Below are positions 1-13,489 of a stretch of DNA of 64,000 bases, one piece after another (the first letter of the stretch is position 1; every line of letters starts with the position of its first letter). The notes under the pieces are model-generated. The model was not told where the DNA came from. It worked only from the letters and a program-made list of their open reading frames with translations, and made no database searches. Position numbers and translations under genes: made by a program. The DNA is from Eledone cirrhosa. Lineage: Eukaryota. The stretch covers positions 313,038,001 to 313,102,000 of the forward strand of contig OZ024743.1 in NCBI GenBank assembly GCA_964016885.1, read 5' to 3'.

Positions 1-164
1 TTGTCGCGAATTATTTTCATATCTATGTCTGCCTGAAAAGAAAAAATATACAAGATCTATATTTCTTTACTATAATAAAAATAGCTTGATACGTGAGTGG
101 AATATCAATGAGAGAGAGAGAGAGATGATGATAACGATGTCTATGCAGATCAAAGTTAACTCAC

Positions 165-302
165 TTGCATACACATCAAACAAATTGGGTTATTAACACA
201 ATTGTTGATTATTTGAGTTCCTTGACCCAAACACATGTTGCCAATATTAGTTTCATCTCCAACTTTGCCTCCTAATCCATTCTGAGCCTCCAATACAGTC
301 AC
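165..302 (-). CDS. KDM1B: KDM1B exon (amine oxidase domain)
   Basis: VTVLEAQNGLGGKVGDETNIGNMCLGQGTQIINNCVNNPICLMCMQ resembles LSD2 VTVLEAKDRIGGRVWDD...GRGAQIVNGCINNPVALMCEQ; gtttag acceptor, gtgagt donor. Confidence 0.93.
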
Positions 303-2244
303 CTAAACAGGAAAAAAAAAATCATCAATGTGAAAATGAAGTGGCTTGCTGAAGGATGTCATCTGGTTTAGGAATTGAACCCACAACCTTACAGTCACAA
401 ACCCGATATGCTAACCAGTAAGATACAAGGAAAGCCTACTTAACATGATGATGAAGAGGATTATTGATTAACCCTGGCTGATTTAATAACTATTCTTAGT
501 CATCATATTATGTCCAGTATCCACATGCCTTTCAGTACTTCTGTCTATACCAGGTACTGAATAGGTAAATCATTTCCCTGCATGTTGCAAAAAAGGGCAT
601 CTGACTCTAAAACATACCTTAAAAAGGATCCCATAATGAGTATATAGCTTGCACATGGAACCTGTAAAGCAAACCCTTGCTTTGGGAAGTAAAATGGCAT
701 TGTGTGTGTGCCTGTATAAATATATATATATTTATATCTTTGACTTGGAGAAAGCCTTTGACAGAGTTCTCCGCTCCATTATCTGGTGGGCTCTTAGAAA
801 ACTAGGTGTAGATGAATGGCTTGTGAGAGCTATACAAGCCATGTATAAAGAAAGAGTCAGCAAGGTTAGAATTAACAACGAATATAGTGAAGAGTTAGCG
901 TAAAAGTTGGTGTTCATCAGGGCTCCGTTCTTAGCCCCCTACTATTTATTATTGCCCTTCAGGCTATAACAGAGGAGTTCAAGACCGGTTGCCCATGGGA
1001 ACTCCTATACGCAGATGATCTAACGCTCATAGCTGAATCAATGGCTGAACTAGAGAAGAAATTTCAAACATGGAAGCATGGCCTAGAATCAAAAGGCCTT
1101 AAAATTAACCTGTCTAAGTTCTAGTTTGTAGGAAGGAAAATAGGACCCCGTCCCCGTCCCAAAGATGTAGTGGGATCACAGGTAAGTTAACTAAGAATAT
1201 AGATTTTATATGTGGCCAGTGCTCAGGTGCAATAAGTAGCAGCAAGTGCCCACTAAATACTAGCTCATTCCATTGCACAGATGGTTCTATAGAAATAGTG
1301 GACACCTTCCGTTACCTGGGTGACAAAATCAGCAGTGGTGGAGGGTGCTCTGAAAGTACAGTAGCTAGTCAGAATGGGATGGAAAAAGTTCAGAGAGCTT
1401 ATACCACTATTGGCTGCTAAAGGGTTCTCTCTAAAAATGAAAGGCAGGCTGTATGATGCCTGCATACGAACAGCAATGTTACATGGCAGTGAGACTTGGG
1501 CGTTGTGTGCAGAGGATATACGCAGACTGGAGAGGAACGAAGCTTGCATGCTCCGCTGGATATGTAATAGTAATATACGTGAACGGCAAAGCATGAACTA
1601 AGGGAGAAATTAGGAATAAGATGGATCAGATGTTGTTTACTCGAGAGAAGACTACGTTGGTACGGTCACGTGATGCGCATGAAAGACGACAGTTGTATAA
1701 AAAAGTGCAGGGCGATAAAAATAGACGGTAGCCACGGAGTAGGCAGACCCAGAAAAACCTGGGACTTGATAAATTCCGACCTCACACACTTACACCTCTC
1801 CAAGACAATGTCACTGGACCGAGATCTTTGGCGATACACAGTAATACAGAAGACCCGCCTTGCCTAAGTACAAAGCGAAACCTACAGTCAGTAGGTACCT
1901 CTAACAAAAATACACCCCCGTCCCACTACCCGCATCCCATCCACACCACCCCTTTCAATGTAAAGTTATGTTGGTACCACAACATCCAGGCCGAAACAAA
2001 TGAGGTCGTGTAGGTGTCACGACAAAAAAAAAAAACACAGTCCACGCTGTAATGTGGCCATGTAGGTAACACGGTAAAAACTCCCAGTCCACACTGTAAA
2101 CGTGGTTGGTGTTAGGAAGGGCATCCAGCCGTAGAAAACCCGCCAGACAGTCCTATACGAGCAAGTCAACCAATCTTGCCTCAAGTGGGAAAATTCCTGT
2201 CCAAACCCATGCAAGTGTGGAAGATGGACGTTAAACGATGATGA

Positions 2245-2282
<38 letters not shown>

Positions 2283-4873
2283 TGCCCCAGCATGGCCTCA
2301 GCCGGATGGCTGAAACAGGTAAAAGAGTAAAGATATATAGTGTATATATATATAGTGTGTATATATATATATATATATAGTGTGTATCTTGTACAGAATA
2401 GGTTCACTACATCCCTGCATCTTCTAACAGATGAATAGAAGGGTTACTACCAAGAAGAGCATCCAACTTTAGAACTGTTTTAAAAGGGAACCCTATGATG
2501 AGTATAATGTCTGTTATAGTGATTGCAATGTTAATCCGGCTTGAGCAAGGAAAATGGCCATAACTAACAACCTGTACCACATGAAACAACATTAGCAAGA
2601 CATTCTTGAAAAATACAAAACACCACTATGACTGCATCAAATAAAAAAATTGAAGTCTTTACTTTACTGCAAACATAGATGATGAATTCAGCGAAAATAT
2701 CAACAAAAAATAACTATTTTCAAAACTAACCTTCACTCCAAAATTTGACAATTGTCTTGCTGCTGCAAGTCCTGTAATGCCAGCACCTATCACAAGAACA
2801 GAATGCTGGAACAAAAAATAAATAAATAAAAAAATAAAAAATAGAATGTAAGAAGTTGAATTAAATTGACTGAGGCAAATTACAAGAATGTTTGAAATTA
2901 TAAGATTTAAAGTAAATTTAATGTAGATATATTTTTTTTAATTAGAAGACTTTCCTGTGAAAAGAATGAAGTGTAAATACTTTCGATTATTCCTCTGCAC
3001 ATGTTGGAGATGAACGTCTCCTCCTAAGATAGCTATTATTCTATGTACATATGCCAAGCAAGATGGCTCATTGATCTGAATCAATGATTTATGTGGATTC
3101 TAGGAAAAAAAATAATATATATAAATTTTTCTACAGTAATATCATAAAACTCACTGTTGACAGCTGTAATAAATTGAGTGTCACTTACATTTTCATAGTC
3201 TACATTTGGAAGCAATAAGCTGGCTGGTGGATCATGTAGCAATCCAATGTTGATAAGTCCTTCTCTAGTAAGATAGTAAATAATTGACTGTAATTGTTCC
3301 ACACACTTAATTCTTGAAACACCTCTATAGATCAGATAATCAGCACACCGTTGCCAAGTCATCCATTCCTAAAAATGAAATGAAAAATGAAATTCACAGT
3401 TCATATCTATGTACATTTAGTTGACCCCTACAAGATTTCTTGGGTGTTTTAATTATAGGGGCCCCAATCCCTTCATGTAACAACTCACACCTATGTAGAT
3501 TTAGCTGACCTCCTACGAGATTGCATCTCATAGGACGTATCTTGGGTGTTTTAATGATAAGGGTCTCAGTCCTATCGTGTCGAAACAGCTCACACCTATG
3601 TAGGTTTAGCTGACCTTCTATGAAATGCAAACTCATAGGTTTCTTGGGTGTTTTAACTATAGAGGCTCCAGTCCTATCATGAAATACAATGTGCTTTGCT
3701 CAAGAATGCACCACCCAGTCCAGGAATCAAACTAATGACTTTATGATCATGAAACCAACACCCTAACATTAGGCCATACACATTGAATAGAAAAGAGAAA
3801 TGACAACATTCAGTACATTTCACATTATTAAATTGTTAAACAGATTAAAGTGGTGTGTGGTCTAGTGATTAAGGTATGGGGTTCATGAGACAAAGGTTGT
3901 GGGTTTATTTCCCAGGCCAAGTGAATGTATCCTTAGGCAAGGTACTTCATTTCATGTTGCTTGAGACTATCCACTCAGCTGAAAAAAAAAAGAGCATTAG
4001 CCAGAGCAGCTGGAGAAAAGCCTGTAGAGGACAAGAAAATCTTGTATGTTCAGTCACTTAACACCAATGAAAGCAGGATATGCTCTACATCTAGAGTATA
4101 CAAACTATGGAAAAACTGTTTAATTAGAAAGATATCTTCATTCCACAGTTCTTGTTTGAATTCCTGCAAAGGTGCCTAATGGCCAGGTGGTGGTGTTAAA
4201 CTAGGAACAGATTAAGTCTACCAACCATGTAGGCTATAGCAGGATTTGAACTTGGAGCAGAGAGCTGGAAAATACTTCAAGGCATTTTGGCAGACTAACA
4301 AATTGCCACTGTGTATCCAGTTTAAAATAGGTACACTGTATATCACTGAATTGTAAGAGGTGATTAAAAAGGTTTGGCACCAGGAAAAGTATCTGGCTCC
4401 TCAAAAAGGACCTCATGAAGCCCATCATGAGGCCATGAAGGCTAATAATATGGCATATTTTACAGTTTTCTCATTAATTCATTAGTAAATTAACAACTTT
4501 TAAAAATAAAGGAAAAAAATTAAGACAAACAAGAATTACTTTTATGCTAAGATTCCACAAGCTTATTATGAGGTTGCGTAGACTGAGAAAGATTTTTGGT
4601 TCTCTGGCTAAATGTGGAAAGTAATTACATTCTGATTCACTCATTTCATCAGCTCTAACAGTTCCTGCTGTATCTGTTTCATGATTATGACTGAAAGGTT
4701 GTCGAAACATCTCCCATACTGAAACAGAACAGATTAAAAGTAAAACAAAAACAAACAAAACAGATCTATAGATTTTCACCATATACCAAACCAGAATACT
4801 GCTCAAAGTGGGCCCCCTGGTATTAATACCTTTGTTACCATGTTTGTAATGAAATACACTATCAATGTATTTC

Positions 4874-4905
<32 letters not shown>

Positions 4906-7900
4906 TTGGAGGAATTTAAGTAAAACAACTACTGTATATATGTCGAGAAATATGTGTGTGTGGGGGAGGGGGGCACTGGTAAAACGGGGGCGTTCAGTTT
5001 ATATCCAAGACCAATTCTCACCAACTTCAAAATTCTACATAAATGAGGTGCTGAAGTATTTCCACTTTGCAGGTGAACATTACACTGGTTTCACTTTGGA
5101 GGTGAAATTTGTATTTCCTGTAGTTTTTGATATGTTGTGAATGAATATTGCCTTCAAAATGGATGGATATTGGTAAAAAAGTATTATGTAATGGAGTTGT
5201 GAAACCATACTGTAAATGATGCTTAGAACATTAAATATCAAAATATTAAAACTTTATAAATACAATCTCCACTAATGCAAATTTCAAAATGTTTGTTATA
5301 TTCCTAAATACCTCAAAATTCTGGACTTTTATTTATAAAAGTATAGGCTGTCTTCAACAAAAATATGGTAACAAGATGGTTAAAATGAGAGGTGTTATAT
5401 TGCAAGAGTTAAACATGCTTCACAGATAAAAGTCAATTTGTCTGAAAAATTATTTGATCAAACAAGCCATTTCAGAAATCTGCATGAAACCGCATAAACA
5501 AGACATTCTTTATGGCTACATCACATTAAAAATTCCAGTCTTTAATTTACTGCATGTTTTCCCAATGAGTTGTCCATTAGTAAAAATACTATAGACATTT
5601 GAATTAAACTAATTTGTAAGGTGGTTGTGTTGGTGCAACAACAAAAATAGTCTGCTCAGTAATATGGCCATATTGGTACTACAACAAAAAGCATCCAGTC
5701 CACCCTGTAAAGTGGTTGTGTTGGTACCTAGACAAAAAAGCACTCAGTCCATCTTGTAAAGTAGTAATGGTAGTGCCACAAGAAAAGCTACCAGTACACG
5801 CTGTAATGTGGTTTGTGTTAAGGATATCCAGCTGTAGAAAATCAAGCCCAAAACAGATTTACATGAGCAAGACATGGTCACCTGACCTAGCTAGCCTTAT
5901 AAGATGACAACTCAGCTAACTCATGTCAGCATGGAAGACGGACATTGAATGGTGAGGATGATGGTGATGAGTTTTAGATATTTTATACTAAATTATACCT
6001 GATCTGACTTGTCTCAAAAAGGACAGCTTGTCTAACCCGTGCTAGCGTGGAAAAATGGATATTTAATGGAGACGATGATGATGGTAAAAGATAAAATCAA
6101 TTAAAATGAAGCTACTACCTTTTGTTTTGGATGAAGAATCTTCCGGTTGGTTATATGTTACATCTACTGGACAATGTCCAATAGCATCTGAAGAATAGTC
6201 TGAGAGGAAATGTAATGATGGTGACATCTTCAGTCCTACACTGGCCGTAAGTTGGCTAAACCACCATGAAGAACGAGACATCTCGACTCTCTATAATAGA
6301 AAATAACCAGAACACTAAGACAATGCATTTATTTAACAACATACAACACAACACAAAGCATTGCTCTAGCATAGCCACAGTCTAATAAGCAAAACGAGTA
6401 AAATAAAATACAAGTAGGTTAAAAAACCCTCCTTAAAATATGTTAATCTGGTTACATTTCTCAGGAGTTTTATTACCTACTTTCCTCCAAATAAACTGTG
6501 GTATGTGGAATAAAGTGTCTAGCTATGACAAAACACATTGAAACACCTACAGTGGATTTCAACTGATTATCCTTGATCTGTTAATCCTATACATTATCCA
6601 CCAAGTTATTGTTTCTAAAATATTGAACTAACAATGAAGCTGTTGCTGTTGATCCATCTCTGTAAGGTAACAACAAGCACTGGTACCACGAAGAATGCTC
6701 CCAGTACACACTGTCAAATGGTTGACATTAGGAAGAGCATCCAGTCATAGAAAACCAAGCAAAAGCTAGAATGTATAAGCAAGATGTGGTCCTCTTACCT
6801 GATTAGCTTTACAACATTACAACCTGTCTAACCCATGCAAATAGATGTTAAACTGCGATGGTGATGATGAGATTTAGCAACTTACAATGACAGAAAGACT
6901 CTCCCTTGTTCTTTTATCATTGCTCTTCTATCCACCCTCAGTCACATTGCTTTGATTTAACTGAGACAATGTGGGGTAATAAATATCCTTTAATCTTGCG
7001 AATCCAAAATGGTAAACTTAATTGGTTACTCGGTTTACCACCAATACAACAAGCAAGGTTTCCCAGATGTCTTAAATATAAGGGTCTAAATCCCATCATG
7101 AAAAGCAATGTGACATGAAGCAGCTTGCTGAAGAAACACAATGTGCCATGTAGTCCAGGAATCAAATCCACAACCTCATGATGGAGAGTCCAATACCCTA
7201 GCCATTAGGTCATGGGACTTCACAAGTTTAACAATACAATTTCCTTATATTCTGAACAAAGTCTTAATGTGTTCTAAGGTTTGAAAATACTTACATGATC
7301 TTCTGGTACAGCACAGGCTTCAAGTTGTCTTTCTTTCTAGATAAATAAAAATGAAAAAAAAAAATTGAATGATATAGCAATTCTCAAAAGAGAGGCATTT
7401 GGTTCCCAGGGTAGGAATTGGGGAAGTGTCCAGACTAGGAAAGAATAGCATACATTGTGCATATATATCAGCTCATCAGGCTGGTGCTTATCCTGGTTTC
7501 TGAGTCATGAAAAGACAGAGTACAACACATTTCCTTGGACAGGACGATAATCTATAGCAAGGTTAAACCCTCAGCTACTGCTGGTACTCATTTTCAGCTA
7601 AGTATACTGGAAATGAAGGGTTTTACTCAAGAACACAACACACAACCCAATCCATGATGTAATGATTGTTAAGTGCAACACCCTTACCACTGGGCCATGT
7701 GCCTCCATTAAAATGGAGCTTGGGTGAAAAATTCCAAGGATAATTTAAAATAGGGAGGAATTGAGGAAACCTGGGATTACAAGGGGAGGATTTTGATGTG
7801 GGTTTCTGAGAACCACTGTTAATGTTTGTAGACTTAGAAAGTTAAAAGATGTTTAGATAATGATTGTTCCAATCATTCAATCAACAGAGCAGTCTGCCCA

Positions 7901-10658
7901 TGAAATCAAAATGCAAGTGGCTGAGCATTCCAGAGACGTGTACCCACAACATAATTCTCGGAGATTCAAATTAAAGTGTGACAGCTTGCCCTTGAATTAC
8001 AGATACAGCCCATTTTGTAGTATAGTGTGACTAAACATTCGACAAACATACATTTAATGTAATTCTCAAGGAGATTCCGTGTGACAAGGCTAATTCTTTG
8101 AATTATGTATTATAGTGTAAGTGGTTGTGTATTCCAGTCATGTGTACCCATAACATAATTGTCAAGGATTCTCAATGCAACAAAGCTCAGCCTTTGAATT
8201 ACAGGTATGTTTCATCTGATGGGCTTCCAAGCAGTTTCCACCTACCCAATTCCACTCACAAGGCTTGGGTCGACCTGACTGCAAGATAAGGTATAATCAA
8301 ATACCGTATATACTCAAATATAAGCCAACCACGCTCCTCCTATTTTACGTCTGAGAAATGGGCAAAAATCCAAACCCCATTTATGAGCCGAGGCAGCTAA
8401 TCAACACATTGATTAAATGGTGGATAGAAACTGACATCCCCATTTTACCATCGACTTTTTGGTCACATATTCCTTGGCTTATATTTGAGAACATATAGTA
8501 GCTACAAGTAGTGAGTTTGAAGAATTTACTGAGGGGAAAAGACAGCTGATGTACTTAAAGGAATAATAAATAATCCACCATCTAAAATAACAACCAGGTA
8601 ATTTTTTAACCCTTTTGTTAACATCATCATCATTTTACATCCGTTTTTCCCTGCTTGCAAGGGTGGGATGGGTCTTATTCAGCACAGCATCTCTCCACTT
8701 GTCACGGTCCTTCGTCATCTCCACCGTGAACTTCAGCGATCTGAAGTCTGTTCTCACCACCTCCGCCCATGTTTTTCGTGGTCTACCTCTACCACGTCTT
8801 CCTTCAACTGGCATTTCCTGGCACTTCTTCACCCATCGGTCATCTTCCATGCGCATCACATGTCCATACCACCTCAGTCTCCTCTCTCGCACACTACATT
8901 CTATCCCTCCCAGACACATCCATGCTGGGTCGTTCACGCACATTGACATTGCACATCCAACGGAGCATGCTTGCCTCATTTCTCTCCAGCCGTCGCATAT
9001 CCTCTGCAGTTGCTGCCCAAGTCTCACTACCATGCAGCATCACGCTCCTCACACATATAACCGGCCATACTCAGGGAGAAACTCTTCTTCATCAGCAGAG
9101 GAAGCAGCTCCCTAAACTTCTTCCAACCCGTCCTTATTCTAGAGACTATGGCCTCGGAACACCCACCTCCCATGCTAATCTGATCTAGGTACCGGAAGCT
9201 ATCAACCACTTCTATAGCACCCGCCTGCATTTGAAAAATGTGTTTATTAATGCGACTTCTATTGTCTAATTTCCCTGTACATCTACTGCATACGTATTTC
9301 TCCCTACCTTTAGTTTGCCTGCTATCCCACTACATCTCTTGTGTACCCAGGATCTGCATTGTATGCATTTTATAGAATTTATGCCAGTTCCTTTTTTGCA
9401 TATCGAACATGGCCATTTCCCTGACGGAATCAGAGTTTTGTCCTCTTTTCTACTCATCAACACTTTTGTCTTAGCTAGGTTCAGTCTTCTTGCTTCCAAC
9501 TGCTGCTTCCATAGCCAGAATTTATTCTCTAGCTCCTCTACTGATTTTGCTATAAGAACCAGATCGTCAGCATAGAGAAGTTCCCATGGACAGCCAATCT
9601 TAAACTCCTCTGTTATGGCTTGGAGGACTATAATGAGTGCTGAGGACCGAACCTTGATGTACTCCTACTTGTATCTGGAATTCCTCACTAAACTCCATTC
9701 CTACCCTGACTTTACTGACAACACCTCTGTACTTATTGAAAGACACTGCTTGTTAAATGATGATTTCCCTCTCAAATTGTTATACAGTGGTAGCAATAGA
9801 GAAATACATATAGTGAAAGAATAGATGTCCAATAGTGTATATGTTTTTAAAGTACTTGAAATTTTGAACTTAGCTCAGTACTAGCTTTGTGAAAACCCAG
9901 GGTGGGAATCTGTTTTAACGGGTTCAGCTCTGGTCACAGTGATTGAAGCTAATTTCTAGTTTCATGGCATTAGTGTTAAAGCTTAACTTGATTTTGTGGC
10001 ATTAACCCTTCTATTAACATCTTTCTAATGAAACGCACTGCCTATGATTTTTGATAATTTTGAAAATATTCAAAAGTTTAAACAGATTTAATAACTTTCA
10101 TCATCATCACCATTTAACACCCATTTTTCCACACTAGCATGGGTTAGATGAGTTGATCTGTTGTGAGATAAGTCATATGACCGTACCTTGCTCATACAGA
10201 ACTGTTTTTGGCTTGATGCCCTTCCTAATGCCAACATCATTAGTAAATCAGTGTTTAGAATGTACAGTTTCTTACATAAAATTATGATGGAAGGTTTTTA
10301 GATAAATATAAACACTTTAAATCATTTTTGTGGTTTGGTATCAAAAGAGTTAAAATAATGAAATCCAACATGTAAAATATGTTATTTTTAAATGAAATAA
10401 AAAATATTACCTTTTTTCCTTCTGATGTCATTCCACAGGTGAAGTTACGTATAAAATCTGGATATAAGTCAAAATCTCGGGAGAGTTGTCGCCATTTACG
10501 GCACTCATGTCGTGTACACTGGACCCAGAATGGTAACAATTTGTCAGCCATGAACACACAAACTGAAGCTTCCATCTTGGCTTTTGATGACCATTCACTT
10601 TTCCATTTACAAAATGTTTCATAGCCAAGTTTATGACTGAAATATAAATAATGTGTAT

Positions 10659-10689
<31 letters not shown>

Positions 10690-13225
10690 CATTTAAAAGT
10701 AATAACAAAAACGGCACAGTACATGAAAGAAATATATTAGTTTAACACTTGAAATAGCAGGAAGAGAATCTTAACATTTCGGTCACTAGTCCTTCATCAG
10801 AAGATAGAGTTAGAAATAGATAGTAAAGAGTGATAAAAGAAAGGAATGGGGAAAAAAAATGAAGAAAAAAAAACGCGTGCGTATTCAGTTGGCCACACAC
10901 CTTCACAATGTCTTATAATTTTATAAAATACAATCATCATCATCATTTTACGTCCGCTTTTCCCTGCTTGCCAGGGTCTCCTATTCAGCACAGCATCTCT
11001 CCACTTGTCACGGTCCTTCATTATCTCCTCCGTGAGCTTCAGCAATCTGAGGTCTGCTCTCCACCCATGTTTTTTTTTGTGGTCTTCCTCTCCTGCATCT
11101 TCCTTCTACTGGGATTTCTTGGCACTTCTTCACCCAGCGGTCATCCTCCATGTGCATCACATGTCCATACCATCTCAGCCTTCTCTCCTGCACACCACAA
11201 CTTATCCCTCCTATACAGTTTCTGTCTCAACTCATCCAATGGAGCATGCTTGCTTCATTTCTCTCCAGCCATCGCATATCCTCTGTAGTTGCTGCCCATG
11301 TCTCACTACCATGCAGCATCGCGCATCTCACACAGGTATCATATAACCGGCCTTTCGTACACAGGGAGAAACCCTTCTTTGTCAACAGAGGAAGCAGCTC
11401 CCTTAACTTCTTCCAACCCGTCATTCTCGATACTATGGCCTAAGGGTAAGTCTTGTACCTTCAGTTGTTCAACAGCCATAAAACCATGTTAAGCTCTAGG
11501 CTTTGTCCAACCCAAACACATAAAAGAGAACTAACAGAATGAGAAGCATTTGGTTAATAAAAGTAACAAAAAAAAACCCATCACTAGTCATTTATTTTGA
11601 CTATGATCCCTATAAATGTTTTTGTTGTGTACCTTGTTTAGAATAGGTACATGGTATCCCTGCAAGTTCCATTAGACAAGTAAAAGGATTAAACATAACC
11701 CCACAGCTATGCTTGAACATTATAGAATAGGTACATAGTATCCCTGCAAGTCATGAGACTAGTAAAAGGGTTGCCACCACAAAATAAACCCCAAAGCCAT
11801 GCCTAAACATTATGGGAGCTTACCTTCTGTAGAAATATTCAAAGCATTCATTACAAAAATGTTCTCCAGCAGATATATGGTGCCATCGAGAGGTATACCC
11901 ACTGCCAACACATCTAGAAAGGGAAAATTCACATTGATCTTTTTCTAAAGTCGTTAAATATGGCAATAAAATTTACTAATGTATTCAGAAAAGTAAGCAG
12001 TAGCTATGTATTTGAAATAATTTGTGTTAAAACAAAAAAAAACAAAAAAAAAAAAAAACAAACAAAAAAAAAATCATATGTAGATGAATTAACCATTTTT
12101 TTACCATATTTTGTATGAAAGTCTGCTTACGATTTTCAAATAATTTTGAAAATAATTAAATATTTGGAAGGATTTAGTAAAATAATTAATTTTTGCATTA
12201 TTTATCTGATAAAATTATGATGAAAGTTTTTTTTTGTATAATAGAAACTGAGCCTGTTTCAGTGAGTTTGGTATCAAAGGGGTTTAAACTTTTTGTTGAT
12301 ACATCTTTAATGAAAGACACTGCCCCTGGTTTTCCAGTAGCTGTTTGGAATATAACTTGGTCATTGTATATAACAAATTATGATGGATGGATTTTAGACA
12401 AATATAAACCCAGTCCACGCTGGTTCATAGCTCGAACAAGATATCAAATGGTTTGGTCGCCTGACTAGAATTCTTATAACAAATTCCTCAGCTTTCAGAG
12501 TCAGGGTAAGATCATGTGGCAGTGGATTGAGACCCACAACATGACACTACTACAGGTTTTACATCTTGCCAACTTTATCTTCCTAAACCAAAACAAAAAG
12601 TAATAAAATAAGAGAAACAGTGAAGAATATAAAGAAAAATGTCATACCTCTCAGTGGAATTAGCAAAACAAATAGGGATTGTGGCTGGACAACCAGATCT
12701 TTCACATGCTCGTACAGGTTTCTTACCTGTGCCACTTACATCCCAGGTTTCATCAAAGAATGACTTTCTTTTAATTCCACGAGCAGAACACCTATCAAAA
12801 GACAATAGTCAATGTCATACAAACCTTTAACCCTTTTGTTGCCATATTTCTTATGATATAATTTTTGAATAAAATTATGAAAGGTTTTTAGATGAATATA
12901 AACATATTAAAACTGTCTTTACCATATTTCTAATATAAGAGACTACCTATAATTCTAAAATAATTTTGAAAATTATAAAGAAATTGAAGGGATTTAGTGA
13001 CATAACTTTCTTATTATTTAGGAATATGGGAATATGGGAATATAACAAAGATTCTGACATAAAATAATGAAAGGTTTTTAGATAAATATAAACACTTTAA
13101 AATAAACAGCTTAGTATCTACTTTTATTTATGTTCCTCCTTACAATAAAAATGATTTTATTACCTGGACGATGTTGAAGTGTCTTGTGATGTTTTATTTG
13201 ACTGAACAGCCTGGACACTGGTCAT
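165..13225 (-). CDS. KDM1B: Lysine-specific histone demethylase 1B (LSD2), 5' part; 10 coding exons, continues beyond the left edge of the window
   Basis: Hand splicing gives exons 13225-13164, 12791-12648, 11913-11824, 10636-10411, 7336-7295, 6290-6119, 4718-4540, 3368-3189, 2805-2731 and 302-165. All have GT-AG ends and consistent phases (1308 nt, 436 codons). The translation follows human LSD2 collinearly: CERSGCPATIPICFA, GYTSRWHHISAGEHFCNECF, WVQCTRHECRKWRQL (zf-CW), SWIRM, VIGAGITGLAAARQL (FAD GxGxxG). Confidence 0.95.
738..2250 (+). mobile_element. 5'-truncated RTE-clade LINE (long 3' UTR subfamily) in a KDM1B intron
   Basis: DLEKAFDRV, GVHQGSVLSPLLF, LLYADDL, LHGSETW, WYGHVMRM with stops and frameshifts; (GAT)n tail; flanked by (TA)n; near-identical to 27160-28790. 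Confidence 0.93.
2731..2805 (-). CDS. KDM1B: KDM1B exon (FAD-binding GxGxxG)
   Basis: HSVLVIGAGITGLAAARQLSNFGVK; gttccag acceptor, gttagt donor. Confidence 0.95.
3189..3368 (-). CDS. KDM1B: KDM1B exon (SWIRM C-terminal part)
   Basis: EWMTWQRCADYLIYRGVSRIKCVEQLQSIIYYLTREGLINIGLL; tttttag acceptor, gtaagt donor. Confidence 0.95.
3395..3682. repeat. Intronic tandem repeat, about 3 copies of about 102 bp
   Basis: tcttgggtgttttaa recurs at about 3438, 3540 and 3642 with conserved flanks. Confidence 0.8.
4540..4718 (-). CDS. KDM1B: KDM1B exon (SWIRM N-terminal part)
   Basis: FRQPFS...VRADEMSESECNYFPHLAREPKIFLSLRNLIISLWNL; gtttcag acceptor, gtaatt donor. Confidence 0.93.
5620..5970 (+). mobile_element. 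RTE 3' UTR-derived fragment
   Basis: Repeated ccagtccacactgtaaagtggttg units, aggatatccagctgtagaaa, (GAT)n tail as in RTE 3' ends. Confidence 0.65.
6119..6290 (-). CDS. KDM1B: KDM1B exon (CW-SWIRM linker)
   Basis: RVEMSRSSWWFSQL...FLSDYSSDAIGHCP resembles LSD2 RVLEVSNHWWYSML...LLSAYYPDCVGMSP. The donor gtagta is weak but phase 1 fits the next exon. Confidence 0.85.
7295..7336 (-). CDS. KDM1B: KDM1B 42-nt exon (end of zf-CW, KERQLEACAVPEDH)
   Basis: CxxPED motif of the CW domain; tatctag acceptor, gtaagt donor; phase 0-0. Confidence 0.88.
8302..8500. mobile_element. pogo/Tigger-like MITE
   Basis: TIRs taccgtatatactcaaatataagccaa ... ttggcttatatttgagaacatatagta with TA ends. Confidence 0.7.
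8624..9668 (-). mobile_element. 5'-truncated RTE-clade LINE (short 3' UTR subfamily)
   Basis: GCPWELLYADDL, GKWPCSICKKG..CIQCRSWVHKRC, RLRWYGHVMRM, RGRPRKTW; (GAT)n tail at 8624-8633. Confidence 0.92.
10411..10636 (-). CDS. KDM1B: KDM1B exon (zf-CW domain)
   Basis: HKLGYETFCKWKSEW...FMADKLLPFWVQCTRHECRKWRQL...FTCGM; tttcag acceptor, gtaata donor. Confidence 0.95.
10768..10805 (-). ncRNA. Minimal type I hammerhead-like motif in a Penelope-like fragment (about 10690-10910)
   Basis: Minus strand reads AUCUU CUGAUGA AGGACUAGUGACC GAAAU GUU AAGAU; stem I AUCUU/AAGAU, weak stem II, minimal stem III. Confidence 0.55.
10934..11440 (-). mobile_element. RTE-clade LINE 3' fragment (short 3' UTR subfamily)
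   Basis: KGRLYDTCVRCAMLHGSETW, RLRWYGHVMHM, (GAT)n tail. Confidence 0.9.
11824..11913 (-). CDS. KDM1B: KDM1B exon (C4H2C2 zinc finger)
   Basis: CVGSGYTSRWHHISAGEHFCNECFEYFYRS; ctttctag acceptor, gtaagc donor; absent from the ORF track. Confidence 0.95.
12089..12287. mobile_element. piggyBac-like MITE (TTAA-flanked); related copies at about 10002-10353, 12827-13110 and 8607
   Basis: ttaaccatttt... and ...caaaggggtttaa ends; shared internal aataattttgaaaa and attatgatgaaagttttt motifs. Confidence 0.6.
12648..12791 (-). CDS. KDM1B: KDM1B exon (start of C4H2C2 zinc finger)
   Basis: RACERSGCPATIPICFANSTER resembles LSD2 KCEKAGCTATCPVCFASASER; ttttgatag acceptor, gtatga donor. Confidence 0.92.
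13164..13225 (-). CDS. KDM1B: KDM1B first coding exon (MTSVQAVQSNKTSQDTSTSSR)
   Basis: Acceptor ttgacag before 13232, ATG at 13225, donor AG|gtaata; phase 2 matches the next exon. Sequence is not conserved, so support is splice and phase only. Confidence 0.65.
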
Positions 13226-13489
13226 CTTCACTCTGTCAATAGAAATATAATTTTAGATAATTCTTATTCTCAATAAATAAGCAAATTAGTAGTGGAGGGT
13301 GCTCTGAAGTGGTCTGTCCTAGGAAGGGTACCTAGCTGTAAATAATTCTTAAAAAGGATCCCACTGATGAATATGAAGACCAACAAGATGAAGGCTCACA
13401 AGGCTTTAGCAGGGAAAATGGCCTTAAAATATAGTTTTGCTGAGGGTTCTCTGAAGGCATAGTCCCTAGCATAAGAACGGGGTGGGGGT

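Noticed and set aside
7470-7482. CTGATGAG on the minus strand as a hammerhead
   Set aside because: No convincing stem II, GAAA-stem III or stem I arrangement; it lies at the end of a SINE.
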